Assembly: GCA_050011775.1 (NCBI GenBank)
Contig: JBEKIL010000003.1
Location: forward strand, 154,224-218,223
Origin: Bacteroidota bacterium
Lineage (GTDB): Bacteria; Bacteroidota; Ignavibacteria; UBA10030; CAVZMI01
Direction: 5' to 3'
DNA length: 64,000 bases
A program made the position numbers and the translations under genes. Positions within the stretch are counted from its first letter, which is position 1; each line of letters begins with the position of its first letter. Positions 1 to 10,595 of this stretch are shown here, in pieces. The notes beneath the pieces were generated by a model. The model saw nothing but the letters and a program-made list of their open reading frames with translations, made no database searches and was not told the DNA's origin.

Positions 1-2
1 AA

Positions 3-2141
3 GTGGCGATATATGCCGGATCGTTTAGTACCGGCGGGGCAGTGTCGTTCCCGAAGGATAGTATTGTGCTTATTCTTCCGGGAGCATCGAATATGAGCGT
101 TAGAATGAATGTCCCGGTTGTTGCCGCATCTCAATCGGATCTTGCGCAGGTTCCGGATGGCTTCAACGTGGTCGATGCCAGCGGCAATGCTCTCCGCTAT
201 ACTCTACATACATTCGACAAAAATGCTGTTGCTGATTCCAATGCATCATATGCGACGAATGGAATACTGAGACTGGCTACGCATCTTCATACGAACATAC
301 CGACAATAACTCCCTCCGATTTAAATCTCGATGTCGGTGTTATTGTGATCACTCCGAATAGTGTCGAGAGCGTCCAGAGTACCAACCAAATTTCCGCTCA
401 GCTTGAGAAATGGCAACTGGTGAGCAGTGATTGGAGTTTTAATGGTTCCGGCCTGGTGCTTCATACCGGAGCGATGAAAACCGGACTGGTAGATGTTCCG
501 TTCACAAAAGACCTTCCGATCACACCGGTAAAGTTGGAGACGGAGAAGTCGAGTTTTGATTTAAAAAACTTGACGCTGGGCGGAGTAATACCTCTGGTGA
601 TCACCGGAGATGCAAGTTTTGTGTACAACCCCTATGCAGGTATTGATGAACCGAAAGGGCACTGGTCGCTGATGGTGATACCGAAACCGGGGATGAGTGA
701 ATGTGCAATGATCAATACGCTTCCCGGCATGAGTCAAGGCGATAAAATTTCGTTCGGTTCATTTTATGTGTTGAGTAACGGGGAGACGGGATTTGCCGCG
801 GATCCTAATGCTCCGCCCATTACACTCTATAATACAGTGTCGTTCACACCGGTCAAGATCGTTGTATATCCGAATCGTGTGAATGTTCCAGGTTCGTTTG
901 ATCTTCATATTCCACTTGACGGCGGCGGTAAAACAACGTCGATTGATTACTACAAAGACGTCAATAATAATATCGCCTTTTCGTTCGATCCGATCAATTT
1001 CAAATTTGATACAAAGGGTGTGCATATCGACATTCCGGGTAATGCAAACAATCCGCAAACGCTTGACGAACACGGATTTATCGCGAAAGGAGCGGTCTCC
1101 GAAGCAGGGAAATTTGCTTTTACTATCCATTTATTCCGGACACCCGATTCGACGTCACTCTGGATTGATCCGGGACAGTCGCTTGATATCGCGGCTAACA
1201 GTTCATCGAAGCTGAATGCGATTGCCGGTAATATGCATGTGGAGAGCGGTACCTGGACTAATCTATGGTTCGCCGGAGACATGACGGGAACTGAAGGAGC
1301 CACCGGCAGACTCGCCTTCACAGTGTATGGTGAGATTCTTGCCAATAATCAACAGGTTGGTGTAAAAAATATTCCTTTACCATTCGGAAATATCACCCTC
1401 ACGTATGATTTTGTCAATCACCGTCTTTTCGGATCGGTCGATTTCAGTCAGGGAATCAATCTCGGACCTACAGAGGTTGCAGGTGTTGCTGAGGTGTTGA
1501 TTGATAACGATGGGTGGTATTTCCTGGCCGGAGCAAACCTGAAACTTGTAGGATTCGGCGGACAGGCCGCTGTGATTTTTGGCAATTACCCCATGACGGA
1601 TCATATTAAAAATCTATTCGGCCAATTCTCCTGGATTTATCAACACAAAGGTGAGTTTCCCACTGCATTTCCGGCGCATATCAAGGGATTTTATGGCGAA
1701 GGCGAGATGCAAATGCCATTCATTCCAAGTCTAGGATTCAATTTCTTCATCGTTTCGGGTGAGTTATATGTCAACATCGGCGGTGATCAAAGCATAGGTA
1801 TGAATTTTGACGGCGGAATATCATACTCCACGGGAGTAAACATCTTCGGAGAAGCTGGAGCAGGAATTGGCGGGTCGATCGGAATTGCATGTGCCGGACT
1901 CAAAGCATCCGCTATTGTGATTGCCGGATATGGAGGGCAGATCAGCACCAATGGCGACTGGTTTGTCGAAGGCGATGCTTCGTTATCTTTATGCGGCTCG
2001 GCGTATGCCGGATGGGGAGTATGCGACTCGGACTGCGATGGGACATTCTGTGATAAACATGAAGTGGGTGGATGTATCACCGTGGGACTAAAGGCGCATT
2101 TCGGAAGTGACGGAAAAAGTATAACTCCATATATAAAATGA
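3..2141 (+). CDS. large secreted/surface protein, 5'-truncated at window edge (712 aa visible), function unknown
   Basis: Long uninterrupted ORF running off the 5' edge. Gly/Cys-rich C-terminus (CDSDCDGTFCDKHEVGGC). Followed 10 bp later by co-oriented Fn3-repeat and outer-membrane barrel genes. No catalytic motif recognised. Confidence 0.55.
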   Translation: MAIYAGSFSTGGAVSFPKDSIVLILPGASNMSVRMNVPVVAASQSDLAQVPDGFNVVDASGNALRYTLHTFDKNAVADSNASYATNGILRLATHLHTNIPTITPSDLNLDVGVIVITPNSVESVQSTNQISAQLEKWQLVSSDWSFNGSGLVLHTGAMKTGLVDVPFTKDLPITPVKLETEKSSFDLKNLTLGGVIPLVITGDASFVYNPYAGIDEPKGHWSLMVIPKPGMSECAMINTLPGMSQGDKISFGSFYVLSNGETGFAADPNAPPITLYNTVSFTPVKIVVYPNRVNVPGSFDLHIPLDGGGKTTSIDYYKDVNNNIAFSFDPINFKFDTKGVHIDIPGNANNPQTLDEHGFIAKGAVSEAGKFAFTIHLFRTPDSTSLWIDPGQSLDIAANSSSKLNAIAGNMHVESGTWTNLWFAGDMTGTEGATGRLAFTVYGEILANNQQVGVKNIPLPFGNITLTYDFVNHRLFGSVDFSQGINLGPTEVAGVAEVLIDNDGWYFLAGANLKLVGFGGQAAVIFGNYPMTDHIKNLFGQFSWIYQHKGEFPTAFPAHIKGFYGEGEMQMPFIPSLGFNFFIVSGELYVNIGGDQSIGMNFDGGISYSTGVNIFGEAGAGIGGSIGIACAGLKASAIVIAGYGGQISTNGDWFVEGDASLSLCGSAYAGWGVCDSDCDGTFCDKHEVGGCITVGLKAHFGSDGKSITPYIK

Positions 2142-2151
2142 GAGCAGACCA

Positions 2152-4182
2152 ATGAAAATATCAACATTGATTGGCATCGTAACCGTTTTCCTTGTCTGCG
2201 GTATCGTAACTGCACAACAACCTCTCAAGGCGGTTGTGGGAGGCGGTCCGCGAGGAATCTATATTCATGTTGGGAATGATATTGTCTCACCGAAAAATCC
2301 TGTGCAAAATGTTGCAGGGTATCGGATTGAGCGTAAGAAAAAAACCGAAAATTCATGGAACCTGATAGCCGATGTTGTATCGGCACAGTCGCTTTACGAA
2401 TTTACCGGCCGCCTCAGCGAAATCATGCCGCTTGTTCCGGAACCGCTGGCGATCGAGAAAATACCAGCGAAGATGTTATGGGAACGTGTGGAAAAATGGA
2501 GACGGATGGATTCGCTAAAGACTTGGGGAGCAATACTGCCGGTTCGGATTGCATTAGGAACGACCTATCTCGATACGACGGCGGAAAAAGGCGTTCAATA
2601 TGAATATCAGGTTTCAAAAATTGATACTTTTAAAAATATCAGGATTATTTTTACGTCACCGGCTGTCTCGTATCCACAGGCGGTTCAATATCCCCGTTTA
2701 CGGCTTGTGGAAAAAAATTCTCAGGGCAATCAGATTGGAATATCATGGGGGATGGGAGCAGGGAAAAAACCTGCAAGCATGGATGTATATAGAAAAGATG
2801 GGATTCACGCTTCATTCATGCATATTTATCCTGTGCGTGTCATTATTCAACGGCGGGATTCTGCCTACTACACGGTTCGTGATACATCAATCCAGATTAA
2901 ACAAATATATGCATATTTTCTCGTACCGAAGGATTTCTACGGCAATACAGGAAACCCGTCGGATACCGTTGTCATTTCATCAACAAGTTTTGCAGCGATA
3001 CGGCTACCCGACCGGTTGAAAGCAGAAAGCCTTGATACACTTGGCGGACTCCGTCTGCGATGGCATATTAATGAACCCGCCGCGGTCAAAAGCCTGAAGA
3101 TTTTCCGGAGTGACGATTGGGATAAGGGATACAAACCGATAGCGACCGTCGCGCCTATGGATTCTGAGTATATCGATCAATCTGTTCAACCGATGGTTCG
3201 ATACTATTATTACATGACGATGACAGGTCCGTTGGGAGAAGAATCAGCGCCGACGGCAAAAGTGATCGGATTATATCGTAGTGCTGATATGCCTCTGCCG
3301 CCAGTCAACCTTCGCGGCGAGGGAATAAAAAACGGTGTTCGTCTTCAATGGGAAGTGAAGGATAAAGATGTCAATGGATTTTATGTGTACAGGGGAAAAG
3401 GAGGAAGCGATCCTCTCGAAGAGATCTCGCCTCTAATTCCTTTTAAAGAAAAAGAGATGGGGGGGATATACGTTGACACAAGCTCTGTACTGGTCGGGAA
3501 AGTTACGTATGTCTACTCCGTCAAGAGCGAGAGTAAGAGTCATGTCCTTGGGGGGTTTGCCGATACGATTTCAATACGACCATTGATACCCACTGTGCCC
3601 CTTACGCCGTTGAAATTCACGGCTGTGATCGACGGAAAAGAAGTACGATTGCACTGGTTAGATATGAAAGCGTCAGATGTGACCATCAAGGGGTATTACA
3701 TCTACAGGCGTGAAGATGCCGGTCAGGGATCGAAACGGCAGGAATTTAAGAAACTTGTTGATTCACTCCTTCCCTACACACTGAATTATTATGTTGATCA
3801 AAGTATCAGTGAAGGGAAAATATTTGAATATGCGGTGCAATCAGTTGATTTTTTCAATGGAGTGAGTTCTCTCAGTGCCAGCGAACGGGTAAATATTCTA
3901 CTTGAACTGCCGTTATCCCCATCGGGTATTCGCGTCGAAAAAACCATGGATGGAGTTATGCTTAGATGGGGTGCCGTCGCTCATCCCGACGTAATGTCAT
4001 ACAAAATCCACAGGACACAGCTTGATGGAAAAGAGGGTGTGGTAGGAACTGTGAAGTCTGATAAACTGGAATTTCTCGATCGCACTGTTAAGAGCGGGCA
4101 ATTATATTTCTATACGGTAACGACGGTATGGAAAAATGGCCGGGAGAGTAATCCAAGCAAGGAGATTTCGATTCGTCCATAA
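2152..4182 (+). CDS. secreted protein with ~6 fibronectin type III-like repeats
   Basis: N-terminal signal peptide (MKISTLIGIVTVFLVCGIVTAQQ). Roughly 100-aa periodic repeats with the Fn3 hallmark pattern (...LRWH / LQWEV / LHWLD / LRWGAV ... GYxIYR...). Starts 10 bp after the upstream gene. Confidence 0.7.
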   Translation: MKISTLIGIVTVFLVCGIVTAQQPLKAVVGGGPRGIYIHVGNDIVSPKNPVQNVAGYRIERKKKTENSWNLIADVVSAQSLYEFTGRLSEIMPLVPEPLAIEKIPAKMLWERVEKWRRMDSLKTWGAILPVRIALGTTYLDTTAEKGVQYEYQVSKIDTFKNIRIIFTSPAVSYPQAVQYPRLRLVEKNSQGNQIGISWGMGAGKKPASMDVYRKDGIHASFMHIYPVRVIIQRRDSAYYTVRDTSIQIKQIYAYFLVPKDFYGNTGNPSDTVVISSTSFAAIRLPDRLKAESLDTLGGLRLRWHINEPAAVKSLKIFRSDDWDKGYKPIATVAPMDSEYIDQSVQPMVRYYYYMTMTGPLGEESAPTAKVIGLYRSADMPLPPVNLRGEGIKNGVRLQWEVKDKDVNGFYVYRGKGGSDPLEEISPLIPFKEKEMGGIYVDTSSVLVGKVTYVYSVKSESKSHVLGGFADTISIRPLIPTVPLTPLKFTAVIDGKEVRLHWLDMKASDVTIKGYYIYRREDAGQGSKRQEFKKLVDSLLPYTLNYYVDQSISEGKIFEYAVQSVDFFNGVSSLSASERVNILLELPLSPSGIRVEKTMDGVMLRWGAVAHPDVMSYKIHRTQLDGKEGVVGTVKSDKLEFLDRTVKSGQLYFYTVTTVWKNGRESNPSKEISIRP

Positions 4183-4207
4183 AAATACCTGACGAAGGAG
4201 TACATCG

Positions 4208-6013
4208 GTGTGTACAACAAGTGATTTTTTCCGGCATTGGATCTTCGGGGGACTTCTTTGCATATTATTCTGTTCGGTTAGCTATGCACAAATTGATACA
4301 GCGCAAGTGAATTCCGGCCGTTCATCGGATTCCCTTCAGTCGGCTACGATCTCGGCGGCGCAAACTTCGGACTCCTTATCGCTACTGGAGAAAATAGTCG
4401 CTTTCAGCGGCGAAATCGGTATGTATGGTGAGTTGTACCATGCGTCCGGGATAGATGATCGCAGACCATCGGCAACTGGAAGACTCTATTTTCAACCGAC
4501 AATTTCATTATTCAAAACCCTTACGATGAATTTCAATCTTCTTCTCTCGACCGAAGGGAGTTCAGCGCGGCAGTCGCTCGATCAGATTGCTATCCATCCC
4601 GAATGGTCATGGGGAAGGGCCGATATCGGCGATTTCAGCAGTTCTTTATCCGATTTTACACTAAATGGAGTTACGATCAGAGGCGGCGGGGTTGAGATAA
4701 ATCCCGGAATATTCCGCTTTGCTGCCATCGGAGGACTCACCCATCGTGCGGTGGAGGGGAACGCCGTCGATGCCGCCTTTGAGCGGGTGATTGCCGCCGG
4801 ACGGATCGGGATCGGCCGAGAAGGAGGGGATTTCTTCGACATTACAGTTCTCCGTGCCCGGGATAATTCGAGTTCGTTGAAAGTTCCCGAGAAACCAGAT
4901 TCTATTCCACATAAGGACAGCACTTCGGTGATCGACTCGCTCTATGCGACGACACAGAACGACCCGTTTCTGACTGTACCGCAGGAAAATCTTGTTGCAG
5001 GGATCAGTACAGGCTTTTCACTTTTCGACGGCGTGTTCACGTTCCGCGGTGAGGCGGCTGGATGTATGTTTACGAGCGATATGAATGCTGCGGAAATCTC
5101 CGATACATCAGCGCTTAAAAACAAGACCGTCTCATCGCTGAAAAATCTCTATACACTGCGCATGAGCACTTCCGCTGACTATGCGCTGAAAACAAGTGTC
5201 GTTCTGGATTTCCAGATCTTCTCGCTTCGCGGGGGATTTACAAGGATCGGCGCAAGTTATACCTCGCTCGGGCTCGCTTCGCAGATCAACGATCGTAAGG
5301 GTTTCGATCTGGGATTCACTACTCAATTGTTAGAGGGGGGAATCTCGCTGAATGCAACATACGATCAATTGTCGGATAATCTTGCCGAACAAAAGCGATT
5401 CACAACGCAGCGATCGACACTCTCGGTCAACCTCGGAGTCCGGCCGACGAATTGGATGTTTACAATGTTAGGCTATGTTGCGAATGGTCTACTGAACGAC
5501 GCATCAAACGATACCATGAAGATTGAAAATACAATGGCATCCTATATGGCTAATCTTTCGTTCCTTATCCCTATAGGGACGGTAGCTAATACGCTGACCC
5601 TGACCGGTTCATTTCAGACATCTGATGATGGAAATATTTTCCGGAAGGATTTTTCTTCCCAGGCGACAACGATGATGGTCAATATTTCGAGTGTGCTGAC
5701 AGAGGATCTGAGTGTGAATCCGTTCGGGGGTGTTACAAGCACACAAATTAGCGGTGAAAAGGATGATATAACGACACTTGGTATCACTATAAATTATCGT
5801 ATGTTTGAAGGAAAATTAAATAATTCATTTACGTTATCCGACGCAAACTCGGCGCAATCAAAAACCCTCAGCGTCACGCTGCAGTCGAGTTATCCAGTCT
5901 GGAATAGTGATACGGTGAATCTTAATGTACGATATTCAGATGTCACTGGATCTGGCGCGGGTGCCAATTTCAACGAAACGCAGGCGGCACTGAGTTATTC
6001 ACATCGGTTTTAA
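4208..6013 (+). CDS. outer-membrane beta-barrel protein (predicted), unknown function
   Basis: Signal peptide ending ...SYAQ. Amphipathic alternating beta-strand pattern throughout. C-terminal ...SYSHRF with terminal Phe, typical of OMP barrels. Confidence 0.6.
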   Translation: MCTTSDFFRHWIFGGLLCILFCSVSYAQIDTAQVNSGRSSDSLQSATISAAQTSDSLSLLEKIVAFSGEIGMYGELYHASGIDDRRPSATGRLYFQPTISLFKTLTMNFNLLLSTEGSSARQSLDQIAIHPEWSWGRADIGDFSSSLSDFTLNGVTIRGGGVEINPGIFRFAAIGGLTHRAVEGNAVDAAFERVIAAGRIGIGREGGDFFDITVLRARDNSSSLKVPEKPDSIPHKDSTSVIDSLYATTQNDPFLTVPQENLVAGISTGFSLFDGVFTFRGEAAGCMFTSDMNAAEISDTSALKNKTVSSLKNLYTLRMSTSADYALKTSVVLDFQIFSLRGGFTRIGASYTSLGLASQINDRKGFDLGFTTQLLEGGISLNATYDQLSDNLAEQKRFTTQRSTLSVNLGVRPTNWMFTMLGYVANGLLNDASNDTMKIENTMASYMANLSFLIPIGTVANTLTLTGSFQTSDDGNIFRKDFSSQATTMMVNISSVLTEDLSVNPFGGVTSTQISGEKDDITTLGITINYRMFEGKLNNSFTLSDANSAQSKTLSVTLQSSYPVWNSDTVNLNVRYSDVTGSGAGANFNETQAALSYSHRF

Positions 6014-6027
6014 GATTTTATCGTAGG

Positions 6028-6837
6028 TTAAAATGACCGTGATTCTACGTTTGATAAGATAATTCCCACCGCTACACTCACTGAAAGCGATTCAACATTC
6101 CCGCCGGGAATTGTAATGCGATGATCGGCCATCGAGACAAACGCGGGGTGAACCCCTTCCGCTTCGTTCCCGAAAAGTAATGCGGCATTCGCGGCGAACC
6201 GGATCTGCTCGATCGGTTCGGCATTTGCGGTAAGAGATGTGTAAATGATATATCCTTGTTTTTTCAGTGCTTGAATTGCTGCTGCGAGGTCAACCTCAAC
6301 GGCAATTGGTATCTTAAACATCCCCCCCATGGTTGCTCTCACCGCTTTCGGATTATAAAGATCGACGCTCTGGCGGCTGATGAAGACCGCAGCTGCTCCG
6401 AACCAGGCACATGTCCTGATGATTGTTCCGAGATTTCCCGGATCGGTGATTCTATCAAGCAAAACAACAGGCGATTCGGTCAGTCGACGCACCAGAATCT
6501 CGGATGGCTCATGATGTTGCGCACAAATCGCTACGATTCCCTGCGATTGTTCTGTAGCTGAGATCGAACCGAACTGTTTCTGTGAAATCCTGTGATGGGA
6601 GATTTCGCGTGCTTTCATGAGACGGAGGAGCTGCTGCTGGCGCTGTTCGCTTGTGCCGAAGTCCGGTGTACACAGAACCGATGCGATCTTGATTGGAGAT
6701 TGAAAGAGCTCTTCACAGAGGCGAACTCCTTCGACTATGTACATCTGTTCCTTCTCACGATATTTTTTTTGTAGGAGGGAACGATATCGCTTTAGCTCTG
6801 CTGCAGTTATTTCATTAGACGAATACCGGTGCTTCAT
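6028..6837 (-). CDS. TrmH/SpoU-family RNA 2'-O-methyltransferase (RlmB-like, with N-terminal substrate-binding domain)
   Basis: SpoU methylase motifs (LLDRITDPGNLGTIIRTCAWFGAAAVFI ... LLFGNEAEGV ... IPGGNVESLSVSVAVGIIL). Confidence 0.85.
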   Translation of the reverse strand: MKHRYSSNEITAAELKRYRSLLQKKYREKEQMYIVEGVRLCEELFQSPIKIASVLCTPDFGTSEQRQQQLLRLMKAREISHHRISQKQFGSISATEQSQGIVAICAQHHEPSEILVRRLTESPVVLLDRITDPGNLGTIIRTCAWFGAAAVFISRQSVDLYNPKAVRATMGGMFKIPIAVEVDLAAAIQALKKQGYIIYTSLTANAEPIEQIRFAANAALLFGNEAEGVHPAFVSMADHRITIPGGNVESLSVSVAVGIILSNVESRSF

Positions 6838-6845
6838 GAGAATCC

Positions 6846-7547
6846 TTAGCGTTTTTTTTGACCACCGGTTTGACCGGCCGGCAGATCTTGTTTTTTGTAG
6901 CCTGCAGGAACGTTGAATATGGATTCAGGCAGCGATTTTCTCTGAATGGATGTCACTGTCATTTCGGCATTTGTCCCCTGTGCATTAATAATCGTTTTCA
7001 TAGGAAAGACTTGCAGTTTATCCAATTCCTTCGACCATTGAGGAACCTTCTGTTTTTGTACCTCGCTCATCGTTTGCATTGCTTTACGGAGAAACGTCAA
7101 TTCTGAGGTTCCCCAGATATCAATCGTGGCTTCACCTTCCTGCAGGATTATCTGCTCGCAGTTGTAACCGAGGATCTTTTGCTTTTTACCAGTCCTTGTA
7201 ACCGTCACCATGTTTGTGTCGTGAGGGAAATTCTTCATCATTTCTTCAATCGTTTTTATCGATAATTCCATGTACACTTTTGCCTGATCGAGGATTGTAA
7301 TGACACGGCCTTTGTCGCCCCGAAAAATAATAATCAAAGAACCCATCTGTTCGCCCGGGGCCGTCATAGCACTCCGAATTTTTTTCCCCTTGATGGATAC
7401 TTCCTGTGTTATTGAAAATGGAGTATTCCCTTCTCTTGTTCCGGTCGTCGTTGTTGTGAACGTCCCTTCAAATTGAGACCATGCCGGTAGCGAGGAAATA
7501 ACCAACACCGTTACAATCCAAATTGCTATTTTGTGGTAAGAGTTCAT
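6846..7547 (-). CDS. hypothetical secreted protein (signal peptide)
   Basis: ORF with N-terminal signal peptide (MNSYHKIAIWIVTVLVISSLPAWSQ). 8 bp from the TrmH gene on the same strand. Confidence 0.6.
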   Translation of the reverse strand: MNSYHKIAIWIVTVLVISSLPAWSQFEGTFTTTTTGTREGNTPFSITQEVSIKGKKIRSAMTAPGEQMGSLIIIFRGDKGRVITILDQAKVYMELSIKTIEEMMKNFPHDTNMVTVTRTGKKQKILGYNCEQIILQEGEATIDIWGTSELTFLRKAMQTMSEVQKQKVPQWSKELDKLQVFPMKTIINAQGTNAEMTVTSIQRKSLPESIFNVPAGYKKQDLPAGQTGGQKKR

Positions 7548-7985
7548 GTGATTACTTTCCTGTTGAAGAATATGATAGTAACTTACGGAGAGAAGCTAAG
7601 AATGTCAATAAGAATGATAACCAATATTACGGAGCACATTTAAAATTCGTAATTCGAAATTTACATGGTGGCCTCGGTATGGCTGTAGAAAAAGTGTTCT
7701 AACTTGGTCACCCGGCTTTCGAAAGGCACATATTCCGAACGCAAATTTCCCGGGAAGATAAGTCTATGCCGAAAACTTATGAACCTCGGGCTCTTGAGGA
7801 ATTCAAGACAGGAAATCGAAAGGAACGCTTCCGGGATTCAATCATTCTATCAGGCTGGCCTGTTACACTGATTACGGACGATAATTTATTACCGTTGTTT
7901 TTCATGAATCCTATTTATTTTCTTGTTTTAATCGCTTATTCATTCGTATATTTAATGAAGTTATCACAATCAAAAGATATCCATT

Positions 7986-8288
7986 ATGGCAAGTACGGCA
8001 AAAGAGATATATAATGATATATTAGCCCGCGCAAATCGAGACGGAAGCGGCTTTGGGAATTGGTATGTCGGTACTACATCAGATCCAAACCGACGCCTAT
8101 TTGAAGAACACAATGTGCAGGAGAAAGACGGATGGTGGATTTATAGAGAAGCCTTATCATATCCTTCTGCACGTAATGTCGAACAAGCGTTATTAAATGC
8201 TGGATTCGACGGTGGAATCGGCGGAGGTGATATTAACACTAAATATGTTTATGCCTATCGAAAAGTCCTGCACGTTACAAATCCATAG
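7986..8288 (+). CDS. small GIY-YIG-like (YhbQ/UPF0213-like) nuclease-family protein
   Basis: Motif ...EIYNDIL...GNWYVGTTSDPNRRLFEEHN... resembles the GIY-x10-YIG ... R ... E..HN core of standalone GIY-YIG proteins. Sits in an AT-rich ~0.9-kb intergenic island. Confidence 0.4.
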   Translation: MASTAKEIYNDILARANRDGSGFGNWYVGTTSDPNRRLFEEHNVQEKDGWWIYREALSYPSARNVEQALLNAGFDGGIGGGDINTKYVYAYRKVLHVTNP

Positions 8289-8491
8289 ATCTATGATAAG
8301 CATCTATTTCTTTCCAATTCTTGTCGACTAATATCTCGTAATTAATAAATTCCATTTGGATATTTCGGTTATCTATCTCTTGGCTTTCAATACCAGAATG
8401 TTTGTTGGACACATTTATCATTTTTTTATGGCTCAATATCAATATTAAGGTTCGTTGATTCTTCTTTCCGTTTTTCTTACTATATAGCTAA

Positions 8492-10414
8492 GTGATGAAA
8501 ATCCCTGAAGATAAAATCGACGAGATACGCAATGCGACCGATATCGTCGAGCTGATCGGTTCTGTGATCTCTTTGAAAAAAAGAGGAAAGAACTACGTCG
8601 GACTCTGCCCGTTTCATCAGGAAAAAACGCCCTCCTTCAATGTCAGTCCCGATCGCCAGATGTATCATTGCTTCGGATGCGGAGTCGGCGGGAATGTATT
8701 CACATTTATGATGCAGCATGAAAAAGTGTCGTTTGTGGAGGTTGTCAGAGTCCTCGCTGAGCGGGCGGGTATTTCACTCCCCACATATCAAAGTGAACAG
8801 GCAGAGCAGACCGCGAGCGAAAATGAACAACTCTTTAATATAATGCGTCTGGCCGGACTATTCTTTTATCATAATCTCACGACGACACCGGAAGGCGAGT
8901 TTGCGTTGAACTACTTCCACCAGCGTGGATTCACCGATGAGACAATTCGCAAGTTTGGCCTCGGGTATTCGCTTCAATCGTGGGACGGACTTCTCGAGTA
9001 TATGCAGCAGCAGGGATTCGCGGATAATCAACTCGAAAAAGTCGGACTCCTAAGGCGGCGTGAGGATCTAAGCTATTATGATTACTTTCGGGGACGTGCG
9101 ATGTTCCCTATTTTTTCACCAACAGGACGCGTCATTGCGTTCGGAGCCCGGAAACTGTACGATGATGATAAACTTTCCAAGTATGTGAATTCTCCCGAAA
9201 CGCCTATCTATAATAAAAGCCGGGTGCTGTACGGTCTCTATAATGCCCGTGAGGCTGTACGCCGCGAGGAAAATGCAATTCTCGTCGAGGGATATGCCGA
9301 CCTTATCTCGGTATTTCAGGCGGGAATTCTCAATGTAGTCGCATCGAGCGGGACCGCCCTGACCCCCGAACAAATCCAGCTAATCGGTAGGTACACACGC
9401 AATATAACGCTGGTCTATGACGCCGATTCTGCCGGTGCACAGGCAATGATGCGCGGCGTCGATCTGGTGATTGAAAACGGACTCGATGTCCGTGTCGCGG
9501 AATTACCCGAAGGCGATGACCCGGATACATTCGTTAGAAAAAATAGTGCGGAGGTATTCCGGCAATTAATAAAAAATTCAATCTCTTTTATCGAGTTTAA
9601 AGCTCGGACGTTCGATCGGCGGGGAAAACTGGCGACTCCCGAGGGGCAGGCCGAGGCAATCCGATCGATCGTCCAGACAATTGCAAAAATTCCTGATGAG
9701 CTTCGGCGGAATTTTTTTATCAAAGATGTGGCGGAGCGTTACGGGTTGTACGAATCGGTTCTCTACCGTGAACTCGAGAAGGATCTGCAGTCAGACAGAA
9801 GTCGTTCAATGAATGAAACTCGAAGCTCGATTAAGTCCAGAGATCAGGATCCGACTGAAGGACTTCGGGTTCCGGTGGTCAGCGTTTCGATATCGGATGT
9901 CACACCCCGGAAGGAACGCGAAATATCCGTCGCGGAACGCGATCTGGTCAAACTCATGCTCGAAGAACCGAGAACAATGATCGAGTTTATTCTCTCTCAT
10001 GTCTCGGTTGATGAGTTTGAACATCCTCACACTCGAGCGGTTGCACAACTGCTCCTTGATAAATACCGAGCCGGAGAGATTATCGATCCGCATATGCTGC
10101 TTGAAAGCGAGCTGGACGTACCGTTGAAAAACCTTATCACCGATGTCGTTATCAGTAAATACGAAATAAGTCCGGGATGGACTGAGCAAAAACCTATTGA
10201 TGAAGCGGATATCTGGCAGGTGGCACAGTCAGCACTCGTTGCAATGATGAAAAGAAAATATGACATGATGATCGAAGAAAACCAACGGAAAATGAAAGAA
10301 GCTGCCCAGCATGGTGAGGAGGTTTCGGCGTTTGTAACGCGGCATCAGGAATTATTGCTGAAGAGAATGCAGATTGAAAAGGAAGGATTTCCGGCGAAGA
10401 AAGAATCGTTATAA
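8492..10414 (+). CDS. dnaG: DNA primase
   Basis: CHC2 zinc finger (CPFHQEKTPSFNVSPDRQMYHCFGCGVGGNVFTFMM), TOPRIM region (LVEGYADLISV...VYDADSAGAQA), DnaB-interaction C-terminus. Confidence 0.95.
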   Translation: MMKIPEDKIDEIRNATDIVELIGSVISLKKRGKNYVGLCPFHQEKTPSFNVSPDRQMYHCFGCGVGGNVFTFMMQHEKVSFVEVVRVLAERAGISLPTYQSEQAEQTASENEQLFNIMRLAGLFFYHNLTTTPEGEFALNYFHQRGFTDETIRKFGLGYSLQSWDGLLEYMQQQGFADNQLEKVGLLRRREDLSYYDYFRGRAMFPIFSPTGRVIAFGARKLYDDDKLSKYVNSPETPIYNKSRVLYGLYNAREAVRREENAILVEGYADLISVFQAGILNVVASSGTALTPEQIQLIGRYTRNITLVYDADSAGAQAMMRGVDLVIENGLDVRVAELPEGDDPDTFVRKNSAEVFRQLIKNSISFIEFKARTFDRRGKLATPEGQAEAIRSIVQTIAKIPDELRRNFFIKDVAERYGLYESVLYRELEKDLQSDRSRSMNETRSSIKSRDQDPTEGLRVPVVSVSISDVTPRKEREISVAERDLVKLMLEEPRTMIEFILSHVSVDEFEHPHTRAVAQLLLDKYRAGEIIDPHMLLESELDVPLKNLITDVVISKYEISPGWTEQKPIDEADIWQVAQSALVAMMKRKYDMMIEENQRKMKEAAQHGEEVSAFVTRHQELLLKRMQIEKEGFPAKKESL

Positions 10415-10595
10415 AATCTATTGAGGGTATTGCCATTCTAAAAAAATTGATAAAAAGCTTTGAAATTTGATAATTTTATAGTGGGAGGAAGTATTCTGAT
10501 GCACGTCACTGCTTTGAAATAAACTAATTTCTATCTTAAAGTGTCAAATTTGATAATCCGATATCTTTTAATATACGTCAGAAGGGGGCGATACT

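Noticed and set aside
7766-8014. ORF 7766..8014 (82 aa) upstream of the GIY-YIG-like gene
   Set aside because: Low-complexity, AT-rich-derived sequence, with no motif and overlap with the better ORF. It is probably non-coding.
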